Position numbers and translations under genes: made by a program. Shown here piece by piece: positions 10,136 through 24,397 of a DNA stretch of 64,000 bases; the first letter of the stretch is position 1; each line of letters begins with the position of its first letter. The stretch is taken from positions 13,196,722 to 13,260,721 of the forward strand of contig OZ037766.1 in the NCBI GenBank assembly GCA_964035545.1, in the 5' to 3' direction. This DNA is from Bugula neritina (taxonomy: Eukaryota > Animalia > Bryozoa). Below the pieces are notes generated by a model. That model worked only from the letters and a program-made list of their open reading frames with translations. It was not told where the DNA came from and ran no database searches.

Positions 10136-10947
10136 TTCTACCTGCAATCTGTCACATACAGAAATCAAATACAAGTAACTGTGAGAGTTTTGTGTTAATT
10201 ACTCAACATAATTGATGGAGAGTGTTGAGCGTACAAATGCAGATAGAATCCAGTCATTTACAAGTTGAAAAAAATTCTTTCATGTGAAAAATAGGGTTAT
10301 TCTTGTATAAACAACCCAAACCAATCCAATTAGAAACATATATATTAGCATTTTTAATTCTTTTAAATATATAGACAGATAAATGAATAGATTTCTTGCT
10401 TATATCTAGTTTCTGAACCTTAAAGTAAACTGTACACAATGGTGCCTACTTAATGGTATACCATCATCTCTATGGATTATTATAATATAGCTGTAATATG
10501 CTACTGTCATTTCACAAAGGAATTTTTATGTCTTATAATAAAATTTTATCTGCCTTTTAATTCATAATTATCATAAAACTTTACCAACAGAGCTAATATT
10601 CTTCTAGCCAAGCAAATGATAACTTCAACAGATGATATTTTATAAGTTTTTTATGTTAAAGATTTTCTGTAAATAATTATTGTTCAGTATATAATAACAA
10701 ATAGTCAGTTTCTTCAACATAGAAGAAAAATACTGTGTTGCTAATGAGCCTCTATTGTAAAGCATTAAATCAGTGATTATTAATCTAGCTATAATTTCTT
10801 TTGCTATATTAGAAACAAGCTACAGACTTGTTCTTCAACTAAAAGCTAAGTTCTAAATATCTTTGCTTAAAAGATTTATTTCATATAGTTACCATACTTT
10901 TGTTGGTTTGTAAAAAGATTGGATGATTATATAATAAGCAATCATAC

Positions 10948-11145
10948 CTGTGTGACCTGCTGTGACAGAGTGATGGAGATATACCTCAACAGATATAATA
11001 TAGAAACTTCCAGTCCAGAATTAGAGAAACCTTTCAACAGCTGATAGCATTGAGCATGTGATAGGTGGAACCTGTGCACAGTATTTATATATCTTTATAA
11101 TTGTCCAATAAGATCTTTGCAAAGTAATATTACTGGATTGGCTAA
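10948..11145 (-). promoter_or_regulatory. Putative core promoter (TATATAAA 11091-11084, CCAAT boxes) and non-coding exon 1 of FOXRED2-like copy 1
   Basis: TATA and two CCAAT/ATTGG motifs upstream of a CAG|GTATGA donor at 10948; mirrored in the other arm. Confidence 0.5.
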
Positions 11146-14100
11146 TTACAGTAATATAGTAATGCATACTTTAAACTTTTCTCATACTTCATTGCATATA
11201 TAACATACTTTTAGCAATAGTTATAAAATGTCAAACAATATTTCTCCACATTTCTGGTGCAGATTTTAAGTTCAGAGATAATATAGAGTTGCATGCATGT
11301 CTGTCCCTTACAGGCACACATAGAAGTAGAAATAGAAGACTAAGACCAACTAAAAGCAAGTTATATAATATGAACATACTAGTATTACACTCGTATCATG
11401 ATACAAGTTATAACAGTAAAACAACTTACTTAGATACAATGATTTACTGTATACATGCAACTACCGTATATTTTCACATAAATGTAAATAAGGCTGTAGT
11501 TTTAATTGATCAACTTAACAAAATAAGTGATATTTTTTTCATCCGTAATTTAAACATGATTACACTTATTCTATACAATGTAAAATATGTATAAGCTCAA
11601 TATAAGTCTTATAATTTTTTTAACTTTGAATGTTTGGTTTGTTTTTGTCAAGCAGAATATTAAAAGCTTTACCACCAAGACTTTAATATACGGACAGAAT
11701 TTCTCTCTAACTACCACTAAAGGCTGTATAGATCAACCTGCTGCAAGTGCAAATTATTTTTAAACTAAACCTGATTATCTAAATTAAAATTAAAAAAGTT
11801 AAATTTTTTACTTTCTAATTATAAAGTTTTAAATTACTATGGCAACAGAATTAATTGTTACATACAACAGCTAGTTTAGCACCATTTATCAGAAACACCT
11901 TCATGGTGGCGTCAATTTATAGATTGTAAGAATATTAATGGGAAGCTATCAAATCAACTCTGGAGGTCTAAGCTCATTGACTCAAAGGTCGATAACATTG
12001 AAATGTCTCAAAGTATAAAAAATGGTTGCCGATTACTGCATGATGATGTCAAAGTAAATATAATGTTGCAATAAAATTTTGTATTTTCACATGAAATCTT
12101 GCTCAACTTGTATAAAACTAGTGAAGTTTGATACTTTTATGCCTTGTAAAGTAATATTTGGTTAGAGATTGGCTAGCATTGGCTAAAACATCAAACAGGG
12201 GAAGTATCATGTAACAGTCACAACCTACCACCAACACTGTATATAAGATGGATTATTGTAACAATTCAAGTGAACCACACATAGAGTGACCATAAGCCAA
12301 ACTCTCAGTCAGTTCCCTAACCCTCAGTTACTCACCAACCAACCACAGAGCTGCAGTAAAAGTTACCTTATATTAGCCTTTAGTTACCATTTACTCAAGT
12401 AGCTGGTGGTTTATACATTTTTGCCACGTCTTCCAACTTGAAGTGGAATTTACCTATTAGACAGGATGAGAGCCATGTTTTTCCAGACTACATCTGTAAT
12501 TAAGAATAATGGTTAACCAGTAGACTTTCTAAAGTCTCTTTGGAGGGTGAAGAAAAGGTGAAAGAACATAATCCTTATATCAGAGAAAAAAGGCAGCAGA
12601 AACTGTACTGAACTTTCAGCCAATTATTCAACAAAATTAAATATTATTGATTCTATGGAGCCTGATAATATAGATTTATAGCTGTTATAGATATATAGAT
12701 GCTTGAAAACAGAGCAAAAACTAATTAATGAGCCTATCATCTACATGCTGTAAGACTATCCAAACATTTGAGATATACGGTTGAAAATGCATTAAATCAA
12801 TCTTTACCTGCAGCCACTAATCCATGTTAAAAGTTAGCAATGTTGAAAATACAACTTGTGGTTGAAAAGATAATAATAGTTATTAATTCAGCAGACCAGA
12901 GTTTGTCTTTAAAAGGTTTACCATGACTTTAGTTGTTGACCTCTTGAAACAAATTTGTCTGTATTAAACAATATGGCAGAGATTTTAGGTAGAGTTCAAC
13001 ATCTGTATATAGATTATTATTCTAGGCTCAAACATAATCTGAAGTTGTATGTTAATATATTTGCACTTTGTAGTCAACCAAACTAACCAAGGTATCACAG
13101 TTCACAGATCAGTCATACTTATATATGCTATATAAACTGGAAATCATATGCCAATGTTTTATGCATATTTGAGCTGCAGTTGCACAGTAGAAAAACCCAA
13201 TCTACAATGGGTTGAAGTAATAAGAGTTGGGTGATAACTGATAAGGAGTTCACTTTGGCTAAACTGATCACTAAAAGTACTTATAATTACAGTTGATGAT
13301 ACTAATTTCATTATGGTAATTAAACACTTGAAATAATTAGTTAGTGCCTTGAAGAAAAAGTCTTCAATCTAATAACTTCTCTTTAAAGTACCCCAAGTCT
13401 ATTCTACTCATCACACCTAGATACTTTATCTACACTTGTGATGGTATAGTTATAAATTATTCCCAAATAACTCTTATTTATCAACATGGTTACCAAATTT
13501 ACAAATTTTTATATTAATAGCTAACACTAAATATACATAAATATGTAGAATAAGGTGTTTAAATGCTAACACAAGCTGTTTACTAAATAAATAAGTGGTT
13601 ATAAAGAAGAATCTGCCGTTTAGTAAAACATGTCACAATAACATGTACCAGTTCAGTATTATAGTCCTTGTGAACAAAAACATTACATTCTTTGTCAGAT
13701 TCCTTCTTCTCAATAATCCTTTTAATATTCACCGCATGGTTTTATCACTAAAGCCTGTCTGATCCTTTGTCTATCAGTTTGATTATTAAAACCTTCAGTA
13801 AATGTAATAATTCATATTGTACACTCCCAGTTGGGGGACATTAACTGAATTAGTTTGAATTGTTGATTGCATCAGTATACAGTTATATTTCTGATATAAT
13901 ATTATATTTAAAAAAAATCTTATTAGAATATACGATTGGTATTTTTGTGTTGGTAATTTTAATGTATACAACATTTGAGTTGATTAACTTCACAACAAAA
14001 TTATTGTTTATTTCCTTTAATTTTTTCTCGAAGCCTAACAAATTGTTTGTTTTTCTAAATCAATTTGTAGTGAATATAACTTTGCAAGCATTTTAAACCT

Positions 14101-17100
14101 TTGTTTTCTTGCTTTGTTAGATAATAGCTATTCTTTTTCAAGTTTATTCTTTTTATTTTCTCAGTACGTAAGCGTCTTAAAGCCAAATGCTTTTATTGCA
14201 GTTTAAAGGAAAACTCACTTTTTTTTAATGCATACCTCTCAGACAAAGATCTGTAGATCATCAGCTGCCAAATTGAGGCTTAGTTGCTATATTAACAACC
14301 TCAGTGTTGCTAAACTCATAGTTGCCCCTAGCAACACCAGTTTCATCCAATATGTTTTAACAGCAATATATGCTTTAACAGTAATTTAATTTCCAAGACG
14401 CTAATTGGTAGTTTGGGTTTCCATTTTCAGCTAGCCGGTTTAGAGGTCAACAGGCAGTCTAGACAAGCCTGAAGCCAGTACAGATCATCACTATGATGCA
14501 CTTAAGCTTGGTGACAAATCAATGTTATATTACACATTGTTTTATTGGGTGGAAAGTAAGTTACAAGCAAACTACTTGGTAATTTATACAGTTTAGTTAA
14601 CGATATGAGATCAGCTATTGTCAACATTTGATATTTGAAGTCTTCCTTATACCTGGAAAAAAATCACTCAAATCAAGATAACATAAAATCTACCAAACAA
14701 ACTTGGTGGTTGCAAAAATAACAATTAGTATAATTAAAAATTAACATTCCAGAGTGTAAATGATTAAGGTTCAGGCAATTTGTTAAGTGTTGGCAGTTGA
14801 TATAAATGGCATTCACATTATATTAATGGATGAAGTATAATATGCATAAGTTTACATGTAGTACTATGCAATCCTAGTTTAGATTATACTGATCTAACTG
14901 CTGGGTGTTAGTTTTTGAACTGGCTAAGTATACTATTTTGTGTGATAGACTAAAAAGAATGCCACTTAGGTAGATACTTATTTGGGCAAGTATAGCAAGT
15001 TTCACTGACATCTACCATTCAGCTAGCACATGTCAAAATTATAGTGGAAATATTATACATCTAAAATTCCACATTGAAAAGTGACCTGGGTATGAAAAGT
15101 TATACTTAGTCTGTGATATCTATAAGTGAGTTTGAAATAGGATATACTGCTCAACTATTTATTTAAATTTCATTAAAGTAACAGGTTTGCAGTAATAAAA
15201 ATTAATTCTATTAAAATATGAACATTAATCATACTTTTATCATCATGAGACAACTTCAGAGAAGCTAGTTTATAGTTGTGCTCTTATTCAATGCACAGTG
15301 CATAGCTATAATTCATGGGCTATATGGGTTACAGTAAACCCATAAACTAAAATAAAATATTTTGTAAAAGCATGACGTGAAGCAAAATCTTGAAATTTTG
15401 TCATGGTGATTTGTCAAACTTCAAGTAGTGAAAAATACTTTTTGACAGGTTATGCTTATAAGGAGCCCAAGCTTCTATACATTGTTGACTGATTTAAATA
15501 ATCTATGCAAAATATTTTTGTATCTAGACTAGTTTTGAGGTAATTGTTAATAAATTCATAAGAAACTCTTGTCTTGAGATAGCAGATAGTTTAATTGAAT
15601 ATAAAGACAATGCCAGTTTTTAGCAACTCAAATATGTAGAACTTAAATTAGAAATATTTGAGCAGTTGACACCCAGCTCTTAATGAAAACACAACCATTA
15701 TAATAATTAACAAGTGTCATTTATAAAAGCAACATGGCTAAGATTTTAATAAAACTAAACTTTTGCACCAAAAACATAAATGAGTTTTATTAATAGGTTA
15801 TGGAAATCTAAATTGGTCCGTTTTTGTACTTATGAAGTTGCAAATGAGATGGTTTATAGCTAGACAAGTATTTCCCGATGGAGCTTCTTTAACTGACCAG
15901 TAAGTTAGTAGTTTGTAGCTAGACCAGAATGTAGCCATTGGTAACTCTAACAGAGTCATCAAATGGTGTGATGATGTCACATTAGGAATTTAACTTGCAT
16001 ATAACTTGACATGAAGTAGTTTGAGCAGAAACTTCTTCACTGTATTGTCTGTTACAACTCTGCTATCTCTTGGAATATGGATGGATATAGTTGGGCAATG
16101 ATGTTGGTTTGTTGCAAAGTTGACCTTCACTTTATAGCCTATTATTATAGGTACCTTACACTTTATTGTTTCCCTGTACTTTATCTTTCAGTGAGTATAA
16201 TCACAACCAAAACCCTAAGCTTACCCGCTTGTATATTTAGATTGAAGAGGTTGAAGCTGCATAAAAAAGTTAAATTTTCTAAATGACAACTAACAAAATT
16301 TATCATAAAAACACCCATGGTCTAGAACTGAGTGTCTACTTCAAGGGCATGCAGATGATTGAGCTATTTTAATTAGAAAGATTAATAAAATAGAAATGGG
16401 CAAAACTTATTTGGGTAAAAAACCACAGAACTGTTATTTTATATAAATATGTTTTGTAAAAGTGAGTTATGAAATCTTTTTAGCACAAACAAAGTAACTC
16501 ATCATTTTAATCGAAATGTCAAATTGACTAATAAAAGAATGTTGACTTCGATCACCCTAATTGCACTTTGTTTACAACTACCAAACAGGTTATTATTGAG
16601 ATATTTTGGTTGTTTTTGTGTTTAATGTATTACCACCACAGTTTCAGTTCAGAATAAGAAAAAAGATATATGAAATGCTCTTTGAAGCTGATCAAACAAT
16701 ATGAAATGCATTAATTTGTCATATTGAGATTTATGAAAAACTGATCCTGTTATTAGACATTAAATTTGTCAATACATAATGTAGTAGTATATTCAGTAAT
16801 GTTTTATCTTTGAATTGAGCTATAAAACTGCTTTTGTGGTGAATGAAAGGAAAATTGACCACCAGAATTAAAATAATTACGGTAGACCTACAAACAATGC
16901 TTAGATCTTTAGTCTATAATTCTAGGTGAATCAAAGTTCACTCTATATAACGTAGCCTAATACATCTAGATATCATAATAGAAAATGCTGAATCAAGGTG
17001 AAATCAACCTAAAAAGCACCTTATATTGTACAAAACACTTTAAAATAAAATCAGCAATGAGTCAGGTCTGTTATGTACTACATAACAAAATTTTTCACAC

Positions 17101-20100
17101 TTTTTAATCTTTGATCCAAACACAACAAAATTTTTGCAAAGCAATTATGAAAGTTTATCACTTCAAGTCTGGTGGTGCTGAGCACCATGTTTTTCAAATG
17201 CTTTTCATCAAAGCTATTTAAAGAATAGTATTAGTATCAATTATGTTTCAACATTAAAATGATTTCTCACATTCAGAAATGTGTGTCTGCTCAAATGAAA
17301 TTTGTTGAACCAAATTTATTTGCAAATGAAGTTAAATAAAATGTTACCCATGCAATAATTGAAAGAAAAAATGTAAGAGCTCTTCAGCATACACATATAA
17401 TGGAGTATATTTGTTACACTTTGCAAAGGTTTAAATTACGTGCCCTCAATTTGTAGTGGCATATACCTTAAGCACAGTATTTAAATAATTGTGTGTTGCT
17501 TATTGTGTATTGTGTTCGCTATTCAGTGCTATCCTAGTATCTCGCTAATTGTATGCTATTGCATCTGGTGTGCAGTTCAGCACCTATAAACGAAAATAAA
17601 CTCTGTAAACTCTGTTTAACTACCATTGAAAGGTATACTTCAATCTATGTTCAAGTCTCACAGATAACAGATAGCTTTCTTTAATATTCATCTTATTATA
17701 TTAAATTAATATTATAATTCAAATAACACAACAATGCAATTTTTTGATATAACTGTGATAATATAATGATTATAATAATGACAATTAAAGGCTAGTAAAA
17801 ATAGCTAATTAAAGAGAAAACCAATATTTTGGTGCTAATCACCTATTCTAGCTACTATTATTAGTGCTCCCTTTTATACGGTACTAATTAAGATAGTACT
17901 AAATTAAACATACAGGTTTTCAATTTCATTACATGTTTTAGAAAAGGCAGATAATATGTTGAGCTCAGATTTCTAGTTGCTGGTCCAGCAAACAATTTTT
18001 ACAATGAGTTAATAACTGTAGAAGACCAAATAGCTAAAACATTGTTTCATTACCCTCAGGTGCTGAGAAGTTGTTTGAACCTTTTGAGGTTATTCACCTT
18101 TCTATTAACCAGGTAAAATAAGAAACACACTGCTAAACTAATAGCAGGCAGCGGAGATCATGCTAGACCTATAGTATTATTAATTACTTAATATTTTAAC
18201 CACAGAATTACTTAGGAAGTGTCTGCAAGATTGAGAATAGCAATATTATGTTGCCAGACATAATGAAGAAGGCACAGTTTCCTTCCATTTCAACCAATTT
18301 AAATTGATATCAAATTTCCAAACTCGATTGAAACACTAAAGACAGAGGATGTTAGAATGAACACCAACTCAAGCCAACACACCAGATCATTACATACGTA
18401 TAAATATAACTAAATCAGCAATATAACTAATCAGGCAGGTTTGATACAGCGACATACCTCAACACTTGAAAACATGGTACAGGTGCCAAAACACATATCC
18501 TAAAATTCTTATATATCTGCTAAATGTAAAGGGCTACCTTTATAAGTTCTGAGAACAAATTTAGATTATGGAAAGATGTTTCAGTTTTTGGAATGCAAAT
18601 TAGATATTCTGATTACTTTACTAGTCCTATGTAAAAGAGTTGGTAGTTGCCAAATTGACTGTTGAGTCAGTACCTTTCAGGCGCCAAAATGCAGAGAAAA
18701 TATTTCAGAGATGCTTTATCCTACTGAGCAATCAAACAGAATTAAATTATTAATAAATTTAAAAGTTTTATAAAAGGTTTCAGGAAATACAAAGAATGCC
18801 ATAAATTTTGTATAATATATAATACAAATATTCTTATAGCCACATTATATCCCTGATGACTGTATACTACTAACAGGCTGTGAGGACATGAAGTCCTAAA
18901 ACAAAGCTATAGATCACTGAAAGTACCAAAACTGAAATTGATATTCTAACACGATTTATTTACATTTAAATTTTGCTTTTTCCATCTCTTACAAAGTTCC
19001 CTCAACTCTCAATCAGCTACAAGTCTGTAAGAATAATTCTGAAGAGTTATGAAGTGTTAAAGTATTTCATGACTATAAGTCTGCAAAGTTTTGTTCAATT
19101 GAACAAATAATAAGAGAAATGATGAAAGTCTTTATGAGGAAAATAAACCGTTATTTACTTATAATACTTGTCTTCAGTGTACCATGTGCTAATTTACTAG
19201 ATTATTGCTTCACTTCCACCTAGGTTTTATTGAGTATATGAGTCTAGGTCTAAAATATTCTAGTTTTATGTCAATAGAAGACAACCTCTCATACCATAAT
19301 CTTCTCTATAGATTCCATGCTATGTAGCCTGTGTATTTTTCAAAAGATCAAACTTTAAACATGCTTATATAAATGACTGATAGAAATAGCTCTCAAGTAA
19401 CTTTAAATAAGTCTTGGTTCCCACGTTAAAGCCTGTCTACTTTACGTGTATTAATTAGAGTTATTTGCACTGTATTTGACTTTCTGAATAAAAATACAAA
19501 CATATTTTACTTGTTTGCAGAACCTTAGTCTGTTAACTTGTGATTCAAGCAGCTATAAAAGATTGACATTCTTCTACTTTAAGAGCCAGTTTATAATTTT
19601 AGTAAGTCAGGTAACCAAAGAGTGAACTTTTCAGTTTTCTCTCTCCTCCCCTTCACAGATTTAGCTAATTATTGGCCCATCTAGGGACAAAAATTGAAAA
19701 CTAGTTTCCTACTTTTGGATCAAAGATTTCTTTATTACAGTTGTTTTACATAATAACAGCACTACAAATTAATGCAAAAAATATTGCATATACATCTATA
19801 AAATAAAGTATTGTGTAATGCAAAAAATTATATTTTTACTTGTACAGTTGGTAAAGGGAGTTGTTTTAAAAGTACATAAGTGTCTACTTTTATCATTCAA
19901 TCTCAGATCAAGGGGCTTTTGTAGTGTCAATATGTCACATTCTTCACTTCTAAGTTAAAAATCTGGTTATCTGCTTCATTATCCTAATTTAAAGGTTTTG
20001 GTAGCTAGCTTAGCAACTCTAAGCTTTTAGGATTTAACTTTCACAGACAACAAGCAGCTGTCCTAGTAGCTTTAAATTCTCAGGACTTGCACTAGCTTGA

Positions 20101-20530
20101 AACTTGTATTCATAATTGGAAAACAGCTGTTATAAAAGCATAAAAGCACAATAGAGCTTTTGCACAAGCCAAGGATTTAAGTTTGCTGTCTTAACATTGG
20201 CAGCAGCTATAATACTAGAAATGCAATAACTGTTATTGATGGTGATCAAAGAATAAAACTGATAAAACAGTTCGTATATGGGGGGTAAAAATTATCTACA
20301 TGCAGTCTAGGAAATTGATAACAGTTAATTTGTTCTGTCCAAATCAAACAGACCAGAGCTTCGCATAATTTAGCCAAAATATTATAAAAACACTATTAGT
20401 TCAACTTGAAAGTAGTTAGTTAATGCATAAGATAATTTTTATTATAAAATGCAGCTAACAGCTAAATTGCTAGCTTTTAAAAACAACTTAAACATGCAAG
20501 AACATATTTTAGATATTTCCCAGTTAACTT

Positions 20531-21444
20531 TTGAAATGCGAAGAAAAAGCCAAAGTTGAAAATTCTTCTGAGGCAGTGGCAGCTAGGAGTAGTGCCGCTG
20601 CCTCTCCACCAGTGGAAAACACAAAAGGTTTAAAGGAAGCAGGTGACAATAGTCAGGTAAGCATTATAATACTGAATAAAAATCACCTAATTTTTTTGTT
20701 CATTATGTCTTCAATTAATAATTAAATATACTCTATCACTGCATAAAATAAATTAAAACCACAGTTGTTTTGTTTACAGGTTTATGGTGATCACTGTGCT
20801 AATTATTTGTAGGGTGCTAAAAGCAGTCCCATTAGTGATAAAATGTCTGAATGCTCAGTTGAGAGTTCTACTGAGGAAGGAACCACTGACTGTCCCAGTC
20901 CTAGCTCTGGGGATAAGAAAACCAAACCGCTGAGTGTCCCAGCCTTGGCTCTATAGATAAGAAGTTCCCTGACTGCATCTCAGTCCTAGCTCCAAAGATA
21001 AGAAAATCATTCAGTGTCCCAGCCCTAGCTCTGGAGAAGAGAAATCTGATGATGAGAATCCCACATCTGACTCTACTGAAAGCAAAACCTAGAAGAGTTC
21101 TCCAGTCAAAGAAAGCTTAGATACTGGTTCAGAGGAAACTGATACTGCCAAGGACACCGATGAAGTAACAGAGAGCAGTGGAATGAAATCTGTTTCCTCT
21201 CTAGAAGGGCTTACTCTCGAAAAATCTTGAGAGTCAGGAGACATCTGGTGAAAGGGTTCCAGTCAAAGATGTATCCAGTGAGTTGATGTCTAGTGGTGCT
21301 GGCAAGGAATGTGTTAAAAGCTGTGGTAATGAGAAAAAGGAATCGGAAAGTGCTGATGCCAACAGTGCATCAAGCAGTACTGGTGGTAGCAGTGGTTTAG
21401 AAGATTCAACTAAATCCTCTTCTGGCACAGGCACAGATCAATGA
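20531..21444 (+). pseudogene. Degenerate mirror paralog of the acidic AAAAESG-repeat gene
   Basis: Same two-exon layout (GDNSQ|GTAAGC, TTTGTAG|GGTGCT) but no in-frame ATG, stops at ~20954 and ~21090, no expanded Ala heptad array, and four ~42-bp CCCAGxCCTAGCTCT...GATAAGAAA repeats. Confidence 0.75.
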
Positions 21445-22463
21445 GACAAGCATCTATGGAATCTACAACAAAATATATAAGTTGTGTAGTATTTAAAATT
21501 AAATTAGTGGTTTGCAGAAACTAGGCTAGCTAAGAAGGTTCCAGGTCAATTAAGACTAACAGTAACACTAGCTAAAAATCTCTTGAAATAATTGTAGGGT
21601 CATCATTTTAAATGTTGGCCATCAAATAGCTGTACATGCTTTGATAAAATTTAAAGTTGTGTAATAGTTGAGTTAGTTTGAGTTTACTGTAATCATTTTG
21701 TTTTATTTATTTCTCAATTACAAATACAAGAGCTGTTGGCTATGATTAGATTAATCAATAGAATTTTCTCAGTGTTGAAAAAAATAGTATAAAGTGACAG
21801 AGAACTGCAATTCAATCTAGAGTCAGTCATTTTATATAGGGCTATCGTATCAGTATAATTATCTTTATAAACTGATCATGAACCAAAGAAAAATATTGCT
21901 ACTTGAACATTTGTTATACCTAGCATAAACCTGAAAAAAAAAATATACGTTTTTTGCATTTGTAAATTTTGTAAACTTACCTCTAATTTTAGTATTTTGG
22001 TATTTAACTATAAAGCAAACAGTTAGCTTGGCAGCTGTAATATAACCATTAAAATTTGTTGAGAGTATAGTTAGTATTTGCATAATAAATTTTATCATAA
22101 ATTAGTCAGCTCTGATATGTATCTTTTACATCACGGGCTCCGTAGTCTGAATTCACGCCCAGCACTGATCATCTAGTCTCAAAACTTAATATAGGTAACA
22201 GCAGCTATTTAAGGCCTATATTTATTTGTAAACTGCTAAGCTGAATTATTAACAATACTTAAGTACAAGTTTAGAGCAATTAGAATTAGTGAATTTGGTC
22301 TGAAGCTAGAAGTTCAAAGTAAATTGTTGGAAATAGAGAGTTACAGAGTAATTTAAGTTTGTAAGGAAATATCAATCTCTTTGATCTCTTAAGCCGAAGA
22401 GTCAACATTATATAAATAAAAATATCTATCCAGAGTAAGTGTTGCACAAATGAGTAAGCTTAC

Positions 22464-22774
22464 GATTTGCTGCAGTGGCAACTTCAGTCCCAAACTCTGA
22501 AACTCTTTTTCTAACTGTGAAAGGTAACTGCAATTTGTATCCATGGAATTGAAAAATTTCATGCCTTCCATGTTGTGAGATTGTTTTGGAAGCACTAATT
22601 CAGTGCAACTCAAAGCCCAACCTCTTGGTCAGAGTTTCTGCTGTTCACTAAAGTTTACACCAGTAAATCTCTACTCTATTGCTGTTATGTAATAACCTTT
22701 GTTTTGCTCTTCCACTGCCTGGTGGACTTGTTTCTTGTCTTTGCCTGCCTTTGCCTTACCTTGCATTTTCTTAC
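22464..22774 (-). pseudogene. Orphan pseudo-exon in the palindrome spacer
   Basis: Flanked by GCAG| and |GTAAGC. One frame reads MQGKAKAGKDKKQVHQAVEEQNKGYYITAIE*RFTGVNFSEQQKL*PRGW...LPLQQI with two in-frame stops. Confidence 0.35.
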
Positions 22775-23379
22775 CTGCTTATAGCTCTGTTATGCAACAC
22801 TTTTTGTTAGATGTTTTGTAAGTACATTCACTTACTAGCTCTATTACGTAACCTTTTCTATTGTTCTACTACATAATTTGCTTAAGTTATTTAGGCCTTT
22901 GAAATGGTCCACCAAATCTACCATTGACTATGCAGTGACTTGTGCCATAGCTAATCTTAAAATCCTTGTTTAAAACATATTTGTTTGTTAGACTTTGGCA
23001 TGTTCCCCTAATCCTTCTTTTCACACATTGTAATTTATCCCATTTTCTAATTAGTTGTTAGTTTGGCATGCTTGGCATTATGATACTAGAAAAAGGTCAT
23101 ACCCAGGCAGGAAAACTATTTAAATCATTCATAGGTTAAATGCTAATGTATTTTTTATTTGCATATCTGGCCAGCAACATTATTAAAATAGGATATAGTG
23201 AAATCAATAGTTAGAAGTGTCACAGCTTTATTACACCAAAGAAACTATATGGGCAAAAATACAATGTTGAATACAGAAAAAGAGTTAGAGGTGATTGAAA
23301 CCCTTGGCAAACAAAGCTGAACAACACTAATGAATTTGGCATTATAAAAAGCTTTATTATTAGATAGATGCCTGTTTCA

Positions 23380-24397
23380 TTAATCGGTGCTGGTGCCAGA
23401 CGAGGATTTAGTTGAATCTTCCGAATCGCTGCTTCTACCAGTACTGCTTGATCTGCTGTTGGCATCTTCAACTGAAATGCTTTCTCCAGATGTTTCTCCT
23501 AACTCAGAAGATTCTGGACAGGAAACAGATTCCATTTCACTGCTCTCTGTTACTTCATCGGTGTCCTTGGCAGTATCAGTTTCCTCTGAATCGGTATCTG
23601 AACTTTCTTTGACTGGAGAATTCTTGCAGGTTTTGCCTTCAGTAGAGGTAGAGCTGAGATTGTTTTCTTCAGCTTTTTTTTCTCCAGAGCTAGGGCTGGG
23701 ACAGACAGTGGTTCCTTCCTCAGTAGAACTCTCAACTGAGCATTCAGACATTTTATCACTGATGGAACTGCTTTCATTACCCTGCAAATAATTAGCACAG
23801 TAATCAACATAAATTTGTGAACAAAACAAATGTGGTTTTAATTTGTTTTTTTTTAGTGTAGTGATGTAGTGTATTTAATTATAAATATAGGACATATAAT
23901 GAGTTGGTAACAATGCAAAAGTATAATAATGCATATACCTGACTATCGTCACCAGCTTCTTTTAAACCTTTTGTGTCTTCCACTGGTAAAAAGGCAGCAG
24001 CACCACTCTCAGCTGCGGCAGCACCACTCTCAGCTGCGGCAGCACCACTCTCAGCTGCGGCAGCACCACTCTCAGCTGCGGCAGCACCACTCTCAGCTGC
24101 GGCAGCACCACTCTCAGCTGCGGCAGCACCACTCTCAGCTGCGGCAGCACCACTCTCAGCTGCGGCAGCACCACTCTCAGCTGCGGCAGCACCACTCTCA
24201 GCTGCGGCAGCACCACTCTCAGCTGCGGCAGCACCACTCTCAGCTGCGGCAGCACCACTCTCAGCTGCGGCAGCACCACTCTCAGCTGCGGCAGCACCAC
24301 TCTCAGCTGCGGCAGCACCACTCTCAGCTGCGGCAGCACCACTCTCAGCCTCAGCAGGATCTTCAATTTTAGCCTTTTTTATTTCTATGTCTGACAT
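23380..24397 (-). CDS. Orphan acidic Ser/Glu/Ala-rich low-complexity protein with 17 AAAAESG heptads (2 exons, ~286 aa)
   Basis: Exon 24397-23939 (MSDIEIKKAK...GDDSQ|GTATAT) splices in phase 0 to 23781-23380 (TTTGCAG|GNESSS...GTSTD*). Splice sites are conserved in the mirror paralog. Confidence 0.65.
23993..24350. repeat. Perfect 21-bp minisatellite, 17 copies (GCGGCAGCACCACTCTCAGCT)
   Basis: CACCACTCTC recurs every 21 bp from 24001 to 24337. Confidence 0.98.

Larger units (their letters stand above)
3250..21457. repeat. Left arm of ~40-kb inverted segmental duplication
   Basis: Collinear reverse-complement matches to 23364-43236, e.g. 3255-3435/43050-43236, the FOXRED2-like genes, 11289-12560/34170-35446, 15300-16900/28830-30460 and 20560-21457/23364-24380. 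Confidence 0.92.

Noticed and set aside
11289-11594. 101-aa ORF conserved at 35141-35446 (likewise 15798-15980 with 29743-29955)
   Set aside because: Conservation merely reflects near-identical palindrome arms; no recognisable domain or splice structure, and the 101-aa pair has a non-ATG start.
23993-24350. CRISPR-like array, or extra proteins in other frames (QHHSQLR, LRVVLPQ, AAAAPLS)
   Set aside because: There are no spacers, so it is a head-to-tail minisatellite. Other frames are open only because the 21-bp unit has no stop; only the AESG frame has splice-site and paralog support.
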